A DNA stretch of 64,000 nt from Actinomycetota bacterium (GTDB lineage: Bacteria > Actinomycetota > Actinomycetes > S36-B12 > UBA5976). Location: assembly GCA_947452765.1 (NCBI GenBank), contig CANGDR010000002.1:24407-88406 (forward strand), in the 5' to 3' direction. A program made the translations under genes and the position numbers. The stretch's first letter is position 1; every line of letters starts with the position of its first letter. Positions 1 to 9,766 of the stretch are shown here, in pieces. Under the pieces are notes generated by a model. That model was not told where the DNA came from. It was given only the letters and a program-made list of their open reading frames with translations, and searched no databases.

Positions 1-1
1 G

Positions 2-664
2 GGCGTAAAGACTCGTCAGCCTCTCCAGCGCGCCTTGGTTGCAGCAGCTGGCTGGGATGCCTTACCGGAGGGCCTACAAGCACAAATTCGCGATGAGGTT
101 AATGTGCTGAGTCTTGAAAGCCTTGCCGGCACCGATGAATTAGTCGACATCTCCCTAAAGGCGAACTTTAAATCGCTAGGAGCTCGCTACGGCAAGCAAA
201 CGCCAGAGATCGCAAATGTAATTGCGAGCGCACCAGCTAACGACCTAGTAGCTCAACTTCGTCTTGGTAACGCAACAGTCCAGGTTAATGGCGAATCAGT
301 TGCAATCGTTGCTGAGGATGTGATTGTTACTGAAGTCCCAAGAGAAGGCTGGACCGTGGCAAGTGACAGCGGCGAATCCTTAGCACTTGATTTAACTTTG
401 ACTCCGGAGTTGATCGGCCAAGGCATTGCTAGAGACATAACGCGTTTAATCCAAGATGCCCGAAAGACTTCAGGCTTTGACATCAGTGATCGCATTCGCG
501 TTACTTGGGCAAGTACTTCTGACCAGACCGCTGCAGCAATCATCGCGCATGGCGAAATGATTGCTAGCGAAGTTTTAGCGACAACTTGGCAACAAGGTGA
601 AGTTGTCGACATCACGGCTCAAGATGAAGATCTTGGAATATCAGTCAACCTCGTAAGGGCTTAG
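2..664 (+). CDS. ileS: isoleucyl-tRNA synthetase, C-terminal fragment (gene runs off the left edge)
   Basis: Frame 2 is open from nt 2 (GVKTRQPLQRALVAAAGW...) to TAG 662-664. The tail looks IleRS-like (..IARDITRLIQDARKTSGFDISDRIRV..). ileS next to divIVA is common in Actinobacteria. Confidence 0.75.
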   Translation, partial: GVKTRQPLQRALVAAAGWDALPEGLQAQIRDEVNVLSLESLAGTDELVDISLKANFKSLGARYGKQTPEIANVIASAPANDLVAQLRLGNATVQVNGESVAIVAEDVIVTEVPREGWTVASDSGESLALDLTLTPELIGQGIARDITRLIQDARKTSGFDISDRIRVTWASTSDQTAAAIIAHGEMIASEVLATTWQQGEVVDITAQDEDLGISVNLVRA

Positions 665-670
665 CGCCAA

Positions 671-707
671 AAATAAATGCCCCTGGAAATTCCGGGGGCA
701 TTTATTT
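671..707. terminator. bidirectional intrinsic terminator between convergent ileS and divIVA
   Basis: aaataaatgcccc (671-683) pairs with ggggcatttattt (695-707). A-run and T-run flanks let it act on both strands. Confidence 0.7.
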
Positions 708-717
708 TTAGTTAAAT

Positions 718-1515
718 CTATTCACCAGTAACTTGGCGATTGTCGGAAATCTTTGCTTCAAGTTCACGAAGCTGTCCCTCTAGGTAGCTACGTAGACGAC
801 TACGGTATTCACGCTCATAGGCACGAAGCTCTTCAACCCGACGTTCCATCGCAACACGCTGTGCTTCAAATTCGCGAGTCATGTTGGCAATGTTGGTCTT
901 TGCATCCGATAGCAGTTCTTCAGACGTAGCTTGGGCGGAACTTAATAACTGCTCTGATTCAATGCGAGCCGATGCAACGGCTTCATCAGCTGTACGCTGT
1001 GCCAATTCGAGAATTCGAACTGATGCAACGCCTTGTTCGGCAGCTGGAATTTCAGTAGCCATCGGTGCGCTTGATGCTGCGCTGGCAAGTTTTGCATTTT
1101 CCTCACTTAGTTCAGCTAGACGCGCTTCCAATTCGCTTGCAGCTTGTTGTGAAACTGAAATTTCAGCTTCGAGTTCCGAGATACGGGCAGCAGCCATTGA
1201 TTCATCGCCAGCTGCGGAAGCTGAAGCTTCTACGTTATGCGCGTGAGCTTGGGCGGCGGCGACAGCGTTTGTGGCAGCCGCTAATTCGCTTTTAAGCGCA
1301 GCGTTCTCATCGGTTAGATCGCGAATCTCTTGACGAATTGAGTCTGGTACTTCACCTTTAGCGGTCGCGCGCAAGTCTTCGGCTTCTTTTGTGACCTCAG
1401 TCAACGCATCTTCAATCGCGTCCAGGAAGTTATCGACTTCGTCTAGGTCGTAGCCTTCCTTGAACCGCACAGTGGTGAACTGCTTGTTGCGCACATCTTC
1501 GGGCGTCAAAGCCAT
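718..1515 (-). CDS. divIVA: cell-division/polar growth protein DivIVA (Wag31)
   Basis: N-terminus MALTPEDVRNKQFTTVRFKEGYDLDEVDNFLD is the canonical DivIVA motif. The rest is Ala/Glu-rich coiled coil. Sits in the conserved slot after sepF-yggT. Confidence 0.95.
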   Translation of the reverse strand: MALTPEDVRNKQFTTVRFKEGYDLDEVDNFLDAIEDALTEVTKEAEDLRATAKGEVPDSIRQEIRDLTDENAALKSELAAATNAVAAAQAHAHNVEASASAAGDESMAAARISELEAEISVSQQAASELEARLAELSEENAKLASAASSAPMATEIPAAEQGVASVRILELAQRTADEAVASARIESEQLLSSAQATSEELLSDAKTNIANMTREFEAQRVAMERRVEELRAYEREYRSRLRSYLEGQLRELEAKISDNRQVTGE

Positions 1516-1667
1516 GGTGGGTACCTTTCATTAGTACTAAGAGATAACGGGTAACCCTGAAATCCTGCTTCTAGATTAGAGATAAATGAGTCGAAAGTGA
1601 AACTAGAGACTAATTTAGGGTTAATTTCGCTTCCCCCTAATATGCAGAATATCGCCAATTTGTAAAG

Positions 1668-1952
1668 CTAAACAGTGGCTAGCAGGTTCCGAAGGATCTG
1701 AATTCCGATCAATAGCACCAAGAATGATAGATCCAGCGAAACGCTACCTAGCCGAAGTACGGGAACTACCTTGCGGATCCCCTTAAGTGGCGGATCAGTC
1801 ACCGTGAACACAAATTCAGACAGCATCAATGTCGGGCCCTTTGGCCGCCAGTCACGAGCGAATACCGTCACGTACTCAAGCACGAGCCTCACTATGAGTA
1901 TCAGAATATATAGATTTGCTACGGCTGCAAGCGAATGTGCAAGGGAAGCCAT
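1668..1952 (-). CDS. yggT: YggT family membrane protein
   Basis: 94-aa hydrophobic protein in the conserved slot between sepF and divIVA. Confidence 0.8.
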   Translation of the reverse strand: MASLAHSLAAVANLYILILIVRLVLEYVTVFARDWRPKGPTLMLSEFVFTVTDPPLKGIRKVVPVLRLGSVSLDLSFLVLLIGIQILRNLLATV

Positions 1953-1964
1953 ATTTAGGCTCGC

Positions 1965-2474
1965 TTAACTTTGATTGAAGAATGGATCTTCACGCAGTTG
2001 TGCGCGAGCTGCGGCACCGATGTCAACATTTGCCGGTGACAGCAAAAATACGCCTTTTGTAACCTTTTCGATGCTGCCGTGTAGGCCAAAAGCTAAACCT
2101 GCTGAGAAATCTACAATCCGGCGAGCGTCAGCCTCATCCATGTCGCTTAGATTCATGATCACTGGTGTTCCACTCCGAAATTCTTCACCGATTCGACGAG
2201 CATCGTTGTAGGTATGTGGATGCAACGTAGTGATGCGATAAACATCAGCAAGTGGTGCAGCAGTTCTTGTTGGTGTTGGTGCAACATATGAAGTTTCAAC
2301 TTGTGAAACCACGCGCTCATAAGATTGAGTCATCGGAGACGCAACTGGACGCACTGGAACTTGCTCTTCGTACTGTTCGTACGAACTTTCAGCATATTCT
2401 GCGTATTCTTCGCTGAATTCGCCACCGTCGACGAGACCTAGGTATTCAGCCATCTTGCGCATTGCGTTAGCCAT
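1965..2474 (-). CDS. sepF: cell division protein SepF
   Basis: C-terminal SepF core ..TTLHPHTYNDARRIGEEFRSGTPVIMNLSDMDEADARRIVDFSAGL.. and its position downstream of ftsZ. Confidence 0.9.
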   Translation of the reverse strand: MANAMRKMAEYLGLVDGGEFSEEYAEYAESSYEQYEEQVPVRPVASPMTQSYERVVSQVETSYVAPTPTRTAAPLADVYRITTLHPHTYNDARRIGEEFRSGTPVIMNLSDMDEADARRIVDFSAGLAFGLHGSIEKVTKGVFLLSPANVDIGAAARAQLREDPFFNQS

Positions 2475-2509
2475 TGGGGTTAGCTCCTTGCGGGTTATTT
2501 ATAACGAAC

Positions 2510-3214
2510 TTACCCTTTAAAAGCACGATTTCCGAGGATCGACGAGCCAATTCGTAGGTGTGTCGCACCGAATTTTAAAGCCTGCCGATAGTCCCCGCTC
2601 ATGCCAGCCGAAATCCATCTGGCTTCAGGGACCGCAACCTGAACTTGATGTGACACCTCTTGTAACTTTGCAAACGCAGTCTCGACATCTCCACCCAGCG
2701 GTGCTACGCCCATCACGCCATTTAATTGCAGCCCCGGTGTCTCCACGATCATGGCAACTAAGTCCAACGCATCCGCACTAGCAGTTCCCCCGCGTTTACC
2801 ATCGGCAATCTCGTCCAGGTTTACCTGGATTAAAACACCTAGCGGATTGGTACGCTCGGCGACAGCCTTCCCTAGGGCTTTGACTAGATCCGAACGATCC
2901 ACGGAATGAACCACATCTGCCCAGCCAGCGACACTCTTCGCTTTATTGGTTTGTAATTGTCCAATCGCATGCCAAGTTAAAGATTCATCGTGGACTTCGT
3001 CCCGCTTTGGCTTTGCCTCTTGATCGCGATTCTCTCCCACATCCGTTACGCCCATTCCAGCCAGCAAGTCCACATCGCTAGCTGGCCAAGTTTTCGTCAC
3101 CACAATCAGACTTACTTCGGTTCTATCCCGCCCAAATTCCGCGCATGCCTGACCAATGTCGGCTAAGACATCACTAAGGTTCAATTGAAGTTCAGTGCGA
3201 CGATCCATGTTCAC
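2510..3214 (-). CDS. yggS: YggS family pyridoxal-phosphate homeostasis protein
   Basis: HAIGQLQTNKAK motif, about 230 aa, conserved position in the actinobacterial ftsZ operon. Confidence 0.85.
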   Translation of the reverse strand: MNMDRRTELQLNLSDVLADIGQACAEFGRDRTEVSLIVVTKTWPASDVDLLAGMGVTDVGENRDQEAKPKRDEVHDESLTWHAIGQLQTNKAKSVAGWADVVHSVDRSDLVKALGKAVAERTNPLGVLIQVNLDEIADGKRGGTASADALDLVAMIVETPGLQLNGVMGVAPLGGDVETAFAKLQEVSHQVQVAVPEARWISAGMSGDYRQALKFGATHLRIGSSILGNRAFKG

Positions 3215-3217
3215 ACT

Positions 3218-3937
3218 TTACGAACTAGGAAGCGCAACTATTAATCCGCCTCGCCCAGTTGGCTTACCATTTGCGCGCCGGTAAGAAAATAGTTGTTCAT
3301 CCTCAAACGTGCAGCCGGGGATTTGAATCACATTTAGTCCGGACTTAGCTAACACCGAATGCACACCTGCACTGACGTCAATATGGCGGTCGCCAACAAC
3401 TGCAACTGGAGAGATCGGGCGAAGTTCTGTTGCTCGAGAAGTTGGAACTTCATAGCACTTTGCGCATATAGATGGGCCCAATACGGCAGTGGAATGGATC
3501 AGGTCACCACCACCTGTAACAAACTGATCTACCAGATTTTGCATTATGTTTACGGCCACGCCTTTCCATCCAGCATGCCCGACTGCAATTACGCCGTTCG
3601 CTGGATCAACTATCGCGAATGGAACGCAGTCCGCAGCCAATGCAACTAGGGCTAAACCTGGAGTAGTAGAAACCAACCCATCGCCGGTATTTGCATAACC
3701 GGATGTGCTTACGAAATTAACTCGAGAACCATGTTCACCTTGCATGACGCTAACTTTATTTGTCCCGACACAGCTTCCAGCCAGTTCAATATTTTTTGCG
3801 ACCAGTGCTGGGTCGTCACCCACATAATTCGCAAGATTTAACGACGAGTAGTCACCTTTACTTAGACCACCATGTCTAGAGAGTGCAACAACCTCTATTG
3901 ACCCAACCGTAACGCTGTTATAAATCAGCGTTGCCAT
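3218..3937 (-). CDS. pgeF: YfiH/PgeF laccase-domain (peptidoglycan editing factor) protein
   Basis: VGHAGWKGVA motif, CAKCYEV pair, and a conserved slot right after ftsZ. Confidence 0.85.
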   Translation of the reverse strand: MATLIYNSVTVGSIEVVALSRHGGLSKGDYSSLNLANYVGDDPALVAKNIELAGSCVGTNKVSVMQGEHGSRVNFVSTSGYANTGDGLVSTTPGLALVALAADCVPFAIVDPANGVIAVGHAGWKGVAVNIMQNLVDQFVTGGGDLIHSTAVLGPSICAKCYEVPTSRATELRPISPVAVVGDRHIDVSAGVHSVLAKSGLNVIQIPGCTFEDEQLFSYRRANGKPTGRGGLIVALPSS

Positions 3938-3939
3938 GA

Positions 3940-5172
3940 TTAACGCAAGAAGTCGGGAACGTCGAGATCATTCTCGTCGTCATCTTCAACAGCGCTCGAG
4001 TGCGTAGCAGCTGGCGCATCACCGAATAAATTATCGAAGTTGTCATCTTCTTCAGCTACTTGAACTGGGGCGCTACCAAAAGCGCCAGCATCAAACGAAG
4101 ACGGTGTTAATGGAATCGAAGGGGTCTGACCGTCTTCAGCTAAATCAACCGCGACTTTTGCAGCCAGGGGTGTTTCATCCATAATCCGCTTGGACATTGG
4201 AGAGGTTGAGCGATTTGAAGGTGGTGCACCACCATCAAAGCCAGCGGCAATAACAGTTACCTTGACTTGGTCGCCTTGCGTGTCGTCGATTACGGCTCCG
4301 AAAATAATGTTTGCATCAGGGTGCACTGCGCTTTGGACCATGCGAGCAGCCTCATTAATTTCGAACAAACCAAGATCACTTCCACCTGCGATGGACATCA
4401 AAACGCCTCGCGCACCTTCGATGCTGGCCTCCAGCAATGGACTCGAAATGGCTTGTCTGGCAGCTTCCATGGCCCGATCTGCACCACGCGCAGATCCGAT
4501 TCCCATTAGTGCGCTACCAGCATCTTTCATAACGCTCCGAACGTCAGCGTAGTCAAGGTTTATTAGGCCAGGGGTTGTAATTAGGTCGGTAATTCCGCTG
4601 ACACCTTGCAACAGGACTGAGTCCGCGTGCCGGAAAGCATCAATAACGCTAATACCGTTATCTGCAAGTTCCAATAGGCGATCGTTTGGAATAACAATCA
4701 ATGTGTCCACTTCGGAACGAAGTTGCTCTACACCTTCATCTGCCTGTGCAGAGCGACGCTTCCCTTCGAAACTGAAAGGTCGAGTTACAACGCCAATCGT
4801 AAGCGCTCCCATTTCGCGAGAAATTTTTGCCACGATAGGAGCGCCGCCCGTGCCAGTTCCCCCACCTTCTCCAGCCGTTACGAAAATCATGTCTGCGCCC
4901 CGCAGTACTTCTTCAATTTCTTCCCGATGATCTTCGGCAGCTTGTCGGCCTACTTCTGGATCCGCACCAGCGCCAAGTCCGCGAGTTAAGTCGCGACCTA
5001 TGTCTAGCTTTACGTCTGCATCACTCATCAGAAGTGCCTGGGCATCCGTGTTTATCGCTACGAACTCAACACCCTTTAAACCGGCTTCGATCATGCGATT
5101 AATTGCGTTAACGCCACCACCGCCGATACCAACAACTTTGATAACAGCTAGGTAGTTCTGTGGTGCAGCCAT
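3940..5172 (-). CDS. ftsZ: cell division GTPase FtsZ
   Basis: GIGGGGVNA and tubulin signature [12 protein letters not shown]. Acidic C-terminal tail ending DLDVPDFLR. Confidence 0.98.
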   Translation of the reverse strand: MAAPQNYLAVIKVVGIGGGGVNAINRMIEAGLKGVEFVAINTDAQALLMSDADVKLDIGRDLTRGLGAGADPEVGRQAAEDHREEIEEVLRGADMIFVTAGEGGGTGTGGAPIVAKISREMGALTIGVVTRPFSFEGKRRSAQADEGVEQLRSEVDTLIVIPNDRLLELADNGISVIDAFRHADSVLLQGVSGITDLITTPGLINLDYADVRSVMKDAGSALMGIGSARGADRAMEAARQAISSPLLEASIEGARGVLMSIAGGSDLGLFEINEAARMVQSAVHPDANIIFGAVIDDTQGDQVKVTVIAAGFDGGAPPSNRSTSPMSKRIMDETPLAAKVAVDLAEDGQTPSIPLTPSSFDAGAFGSAPVQVAEEDDNFDNLFGDAPAATHSSAVEDDDENDLDVPDFLR

Positions 5173-5313
5173 GACGCGGGCCTTTCTCGAAATTTCAAAA
5201 TGTGACTAACTCTAAACCTCAACAAGAGCGTTATAGTTATGTCAACCTAGGGCAAGTACAAGTTATTGCCAAAGCCTGCAATATCCCGTTAATTGGATTC
5301 GGTGTGTCGCAAC

Positions 5314-6000
5314 CTATCGCACAGTTGGTGCATCGGGAGCACTTACATTTATTACCTTGTACCCCTTGGTCATCAAAGCAGTGGCTACCGTGACCTTATA
5401 TTTAACGCGTTCACCTGAACCAAATGTGATTGATACTCCATTACCAAGAACTCCGACAACACTGTCTTGTGTGGGTGCTGCCAAACTCGTGAGCTTCCAC
5501 TCGGCCGGAACCAGGGTGAGAACTGCAATGGCACTTTTCATGGCTGGGCTATCTGGCTCTGCTGCAATCACAAGCAAACCGGCTGGCGGCGCGATTACTG
5601 CGCCTGCATTTTTTCCTTCCTTGTCGATCAAGTTAAATCCGGTAGCTGTTTGCGCAACTGCAATCGGAGTGCGCTCAGAAATAGTAATCAAGAGCGAATG
5701 TGGCCAACCGCGTTCAACTGTGGCAGTTTTGATCTCAGGTAATGACATTAACTTCGCCGTTACCGATCCAGTATTGACGGACATCAAAGCATTGCCAACT
5801 GGTACCGCAGCTGCACCAGTAACTTGATCGGCACTGAGGCGGGTGTTGCCCGAGACTTTGACGGATTCAACGATGAAGTATTTTGATTCATAGAGCAGCC
5901 ACCAACCCACAACAGCTACAACTAAGCCGAGCCAGACAAACCAAGGCAGTTTTGACTTCCGATTTTTAGTCGGCGCGGCCCGCCTAACTGTTTGCGACAT
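5314..6000 (-). CDS. ftsQ: cell division protein FtsQ
   Basis: Basic N-terminus, one TM segment (LPWFVWLGLVVAVVGWWLL), then a POTRA-like region. Sits between murC and ftsZ. Confidence 0.85.
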   Translation of the reverse strand: MSQTVRRAAPTKNRKSKLPWFVWLGLVVAVVGWWLLYESKYFIVESVKVSGNTRLSADQVTGAAAVPVGNALMSVNTGSVTAKLMSLPEIKTATVERGWPHSLLITISERTPIAVAQTATGFNLIDKEGKNAGAVIAPPAGLLVIAAEPDSPAMKSAIAVLTLVPAEWKLTSLAAPTQDSVVGVLGNGVSITFGSGERVKYKVTVATALMTKGYKVINVSAPDAPTVR

Positions 6001-6004
6001 GGAA

Positions 6005-7402
6005 TTATTTTGTTTCTAATAGTTCGAGAATCTCAGGACACATCATCCCGATGTCACCTGCGCCAAGAGTCATGATTATGTCTCCAGGTTTTGCATGAGC
6101 AACTAAATGTTTAGGAACTTGCAACCATGACGGCTCAAAAATTACGCTGCCCGGAGGAAGTGGTACGTTACCAGCCATTGTGCTTCCAGACGCTCCAGGA
6201 ATTGGAGTTTCTCCTGGTGCAAAAACTTCAAGAACCACGACGAAATCGGCTAATCCAAGAGCTTGACCAAACTCCTTTGAAAATAATGCAGTTCGATAAT
6301 AATGATGCGCCTGAAAGGCAGCTAAAACTTTCCCTCCGCCGACAACGGTGCGAGCTGCTCGCAGAACAGCTTCAATCTCAGTTGGGTGGTGAGCGTAATC
6401 ATCAAAGACTCTAATTCCAGATACTTCCCCGCGGAATTCGAACCTCCTGTGCGTGCCCGTAAAACTCTCCAAACCAGCAACACATTGCTTTGGCGTGCAG
6501 CCGAGTTCGTAGGCAACTAAGAATGCAGCTGTCGCATTTAATGCATTGTGTTCGCCCGGAACCTTTAAGTGGATCGGGCCATGCACATTGCCCTGATATG
6601 TGATTCTAAAATTCGATCCAATAGTTCCCGAAGGCAATATTTCCAAAATCGCATCATTAGTTTCATTGAGACCGTAGGTAATAATTTTCGCACCTAATTT
6701 GCGGGCACGTTGGACGGCCTGGGAAGCACCCCGGTCATCACCACATGCGACGACAAAGCCGTCGCGGTTAGCTGTGCCGACCATGAAGTCCACAAAAGCT
6801 TGCTCTATGGCTTCATAGGTACCCCAATAATTAAGGTGATCCGCCTCGACATTTGTAACGATGCCAATTTTGGTAGGCAGAACCAAAAATGTACCGTCAC
6901 TTTCATCGGCTTCGACGACGAAGTGCTCGCCTGACCCAAGATGAGCATTGCTACCAGATTCATTCATTTCAGATCCGATGACAAACGATGGGTCGAGCGC
7001 AGAATTTTGCAGAATTACGGTAACCATAGAAGTGGTTGTGGTCTTGCCATGAGTGCCCGCTACGGAGATGGTAGTTGTTCCTTCGAGTAATTCAGCCAGG
7101 GCCACCGCACGACTTATAACTGGGATACCCAATTCTTTTGCTTTCTGGACTTCCGGATTTTCTTCATTTACGGCAGTCGAAATTACCACCGTACTCGGCA
7201 AGGTTCCGGAAACTTCAAGATTAATTGCATCGTGGCCTATGACAGCAGTGGCGCCAAGGGGCTTGAGTGCTTGCAGGCGTCGAGAGTCTTTCGCATCACT
7301 GCCCGAAACCGAGACCCCACGAGCCAGCAAGATCCGAGCGATGCCACTCATGCCAGCACCACCGATACCGACGATGTGTACTCGTCCAGTTAAATATTGC
7401 AT
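6005..7402 (-). CDS. murC: UDP-N-acetylmuramate--L-alanine ligase
   Basis: VGIGGAGMSGIA N-terminus, Mur-ligase P-loop AGTHGKTTTTS, dcw position. Confidence 0.95.
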   Translation of the reverse strand: MQYLTGRVHIVGIGGAGMSGIARILLARGVSVSGSDAKDSRRLQALKPLGATAVIGHDAINLEVSGTLPSTVVISTAVNEENPEVQKAKELGIPVISRAVALAELLEGTTTISVAGTHGKTTTTSMVTVILQNSALDPSFVIGSEMNESGSNAHLGSGEHFVVEADESDGTFLVLPTKIGIVTNVEADHLNYWGTYEAIEQAFVDFMVGTANRDGFVVACGDDRGASQAVQRARKLGAKIITYGLNETNDAILEILPSGTIGSNFRITYQGNVHGPIHLKVPGEHNALNATAAFLVAYELGCTPKQCVAGLESFTGTHRRFEFRGEVSGIRVFDDYAHHPTEIEAVLRAARTVVGGGKVLAAFQAHHYYRTALFSKEFGQALGLADFVVVLEVFAPGETPIPGASGSTMAGNVPLPPGSVIFEPSWLQVPKHLVAHAKPGDIIMTLGAGDIGMMCPEILELLETK

Positions 7403-7404
7403 TG

Positions 7405-8472
7405 CTATGCCTTCCGAGCAACTGACAAGACTAAGTCTGCTAGATCGGAAGCGGAATTTTTGTGACCTAAGCCTTTACTGGCTTGTGCCATTTTTACCAA
7501 AGTACTTGGATCACTAACTAGTGGCAAAATCCGATCGCGTAGATAGTTAGCGGTGAGCTCTACGTCAGGAACCTGAATTGCGCCACCAGCTGCAACCACT
7601 GGCTCTGCATTCATACTTTGCTCACCATTGCCAATTGGAAGCGGCACAAAGCAAGCAGGAAGGCCAACGGCTGTCACCTCTGCCACCGTCATTGCGCCAG
7701 ATCTTGCAATTACAAAATCTGAAGCGGCGTAAGCCAAGTCCATTCGATCTATAAAATTCGCTGGATGATAAATATTTGAACTCTCTGCTGGAAAATCGTT
7801 CTTGATTCCAACTGAGTGAATGACATTAAATTTAGATAGCGATCCGTCTTGGATGCACTCACCAATTACGTCATTAAGTTTTTGAGCTCCCTGAGACCCC
7901 CCAAAAACCAAAATGCAAGTTGCCTCTGCGTCAATCCCAAAAGTCTTTCGCGCTTCCTTCCTCAGGGAAGCACGATCAAAAGTCTCGATACTTTTACGCA
8001 GCGGAATCCCGATGAGTTGAGCTCGCGGTAAACTTCCTGCGACAGTTTCCGCAACCGCATCCGCAAATCTCGCTCCTACCCGATTAGCTAAGCCTGCCCG
8101 GGCGTTTGCTTCGTGAACTACAATCGGCACTCCTCCGCGTGCTGCTAAATATGCAGGAATTGAAACGTAGCCACCGAATCCAACCAGGACGTCAGCCTCA
8201 AGTCGAGCGAGGATATCTTTTGTTTGCTTGATTGCAGATCGTAATCGTGTCGGCAAAGTAACTAAATCACCGTTTAATTTTCTTGGAAGTGGAACAGCTG
8301 GAATTAATTCAAGTTCATAACCGCGTGCGGGAACCAAATCAACTTCGAGTCCACGCACTGTGCCAAGCGCCGTAATCTTGATATTCGGATCTCGTAACCG
8401 AAGTTCGTCAGCCAAGTTAAGTGCGGGTTCGATATGACCCGCGGTGCCACCGCCAGCAAGAACTATATTCAT
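7405..8472 (-). CDS. murG: undecaprenyldiphospho-muramoylpentapeptide beta-N-acetylglucosaminyltransferase
   Basis: N-terminal G-loop MNIVLAGGGTAGHIEPAL, dcw position. ATG at 8472-8470 lies in the last copy of the junction repeat. Confidence 0.95.
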   Translation of the reverse strand: MNIVLAGGGTAGHIEPALNLADELRLRDPNIKITALGTVRGLEVDLVPARGYELELIPAVPLPRKLNGDLVTLPTRLRSAIKQTKDILARLEADVLVGFGGYVSIPAYLAARGGVPIVVHEANARAGLANRVGARFADAVAETVAGSLPRAQLIGIPLRKSIETFDRASLRKEARKTFGIDAEATCILVFGGSQGAQKLNDVIGECIQDGSLSKFNVIHSVGIKNDFPAESSNIYHPANFIDRMDLAYAASDFVIARSGAMTVAEVTAVGLPACFVPLPIGNGEQSMNAEPVVAAGGAIQVPDVELTANYLRDRILPLVSDPSTLVKMAQASKGLGHKNSASDLADLVLSVARKA

Positions 8473-8618
8473 GAGTTCTCCCGTGCCTCGAGAACTATAT
8501 TCATGAGTTCTCCTCTGCCTCGAGAACTATATTCATAAGTTCTACTGTACTTCGCGAACAATATTCATTAGTTCTCATGTACTTCGAGAACTATATTCAC
8601 GCGTTCTCCTGCGCCTCA
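8459..8618 (-). repeat. five head-to-tail copies of a 32-nt unit spanning the ftsW stop and murG start
   Basis: Units (+ strand): 8459-8490 agaactatattcatgagttctcccgtgcctcg; 8491-8522 agaactatattcatgagttctcctctgcctcg; 8523-8554 agaactatattcataagttctactgtacttcg; 8555-8586 cgaacaatattcattagttctcatgtacttcg; 8587-8618 agaactatattcacgcgttctcctgcgcctca. Confidence 0.95.
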
Positions 8619-9766
8619 TGCTTAGCAAAAGCCATCAAGATTCCCAGCCCCATAAGCGTAGGAACTAGCGATGACCCACCATAACTAACCAGGGGTAGCG
8701 GAACGCCAGTAATTGGCAGCAGCCCAAGCACAGCACCGATATTTACAAACGCTTGAGTCATAATCCAAGTGACAATTCCAAGAGTTGCTATCTGAATGAA
8801 TGCATCGTTGGTTCCGCGAGCAATTCGAATTCCGACAATGATGATCGCTGAAAACAGCAGCAATACTGAAATTGTTCCGAGTATTCCCAGCTCTTCACCA
8901 ATTACGGCATAAATAAAATCAGTATGAGCTTCCGGTAACGTACCCCATTTTTCTCGGGAACCGCCTAGTCCAACGCCCCACCAGCCACCGGTGCCCAGTG
9001 CCTGCTTACCGTGTGCAACCTGGAATCCAGTTCCTTGTGGGTCTGCACCAGGATGTAGCCACGAGGTGAAACGCTGCATCCGATACGGTGCGGCAATCGA
9101 TAGTGCAATAATTCCCGTGAAGGCAACGCCAGCCATCCAGGCAAACCATTGTTTTGGTGCTCCAACGAACCAGAGAAATGATGCCATTATCGGCATCATG
9201 ACCATTGCGGTTCCTAAGTCGCCTTCAGCTATAACTAGAAGTAAAACGATTCCGCATACTGGTGCGAGTGGCACAAGTAAGTTTCTACGTTCATCAATTA
9301 CGTGATATTTACGATCCAAAATTTCGGCAGCCCAAAGTACTATTGCTAATTTTGCGAACTCAGAAGGTTGAATGCGGATTGGGCCACCAAATTCAATCCA
9401 GTTTTTCTGGCCATGTGTAGCTGTACCTATAAATAGCACCGCAACGAGAAGAATTAAAACTCCCACCATAAAGAAAGGTGCAATTCTGCGAATAGTTTCT
9501 ACGCGTCGTTGGGAAAACCAAATCATAGACATCACACCAAGCACTGCGAAAATTAATTGACGAGTCGCAAGCGCCCAAGAATTGCCATTATTCATTTGGT
9601 AGGAGTAAACACTTGAGGCCGACGCAACCATTACTACGCCAAGAGAAAGAAGTAACCCGGTAGCACCAAGAAGTACTTGATAATGTGCCATTGGATGCGC
9701 GAGACGATCAGAAATCGAAACTTTTTCAGGTTCATGCGGCTTGCGCACTGGTTTAGTCGTAGCCAT
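8597..9766 (-). CDS. ftsW: SEDS-family peptidoglycan glycosyltransferase FtsW
   Basis: Polytopic membrane protein with ..PEAHTDFIYAVIGEELG.. motif, dcw position. Its start shares 1 nt with the murD stop (TAATG). Confidence 0.93.
   Translation of the reverse strand: MATTKPVRKPHEPEKVSISDRLAHPMAHYQVLLGATGLLLSLGVVMVASASSVYSYQMNNGNSWALATRQLIFAVLGVMSMIWFSQRRVETIRRIAPFFMVGVLILLVAVLFIGTATHGQKNWIEFGGPIRIQPSEFAKLAIVLWAAEILDRKYHVIDERRNLLVPLAPVCGIVLLLVIAEGDLGTAMVMMPIMASFLWFVGAPKQWFAWMAGVAFTGIIALSIAAPYRMQRFTSWLHPGADPQGTGFQVAHGKQALGTGGWWGVGLGGSREKWGTLPEAHTDFIYAVIGEELGILGTISVLLLFSAIIIVGIRIARGTNDAFIQIATLGIVTWIMTQAFVNIGAVLGLLPITGVPLPLVSYGGSSLVPTLMGLGILMAFAKHEAQENA

Noticed and set aside
8459-8618. Could the 32-nt repeat array be a small CRISPR array?
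   Set aside because: The units are directly contiguous with no unique spacers between them. They carry the ftsW stop and murG start codons, and no cas genes are nearby. This is a tandem duplication, not CRISPR.
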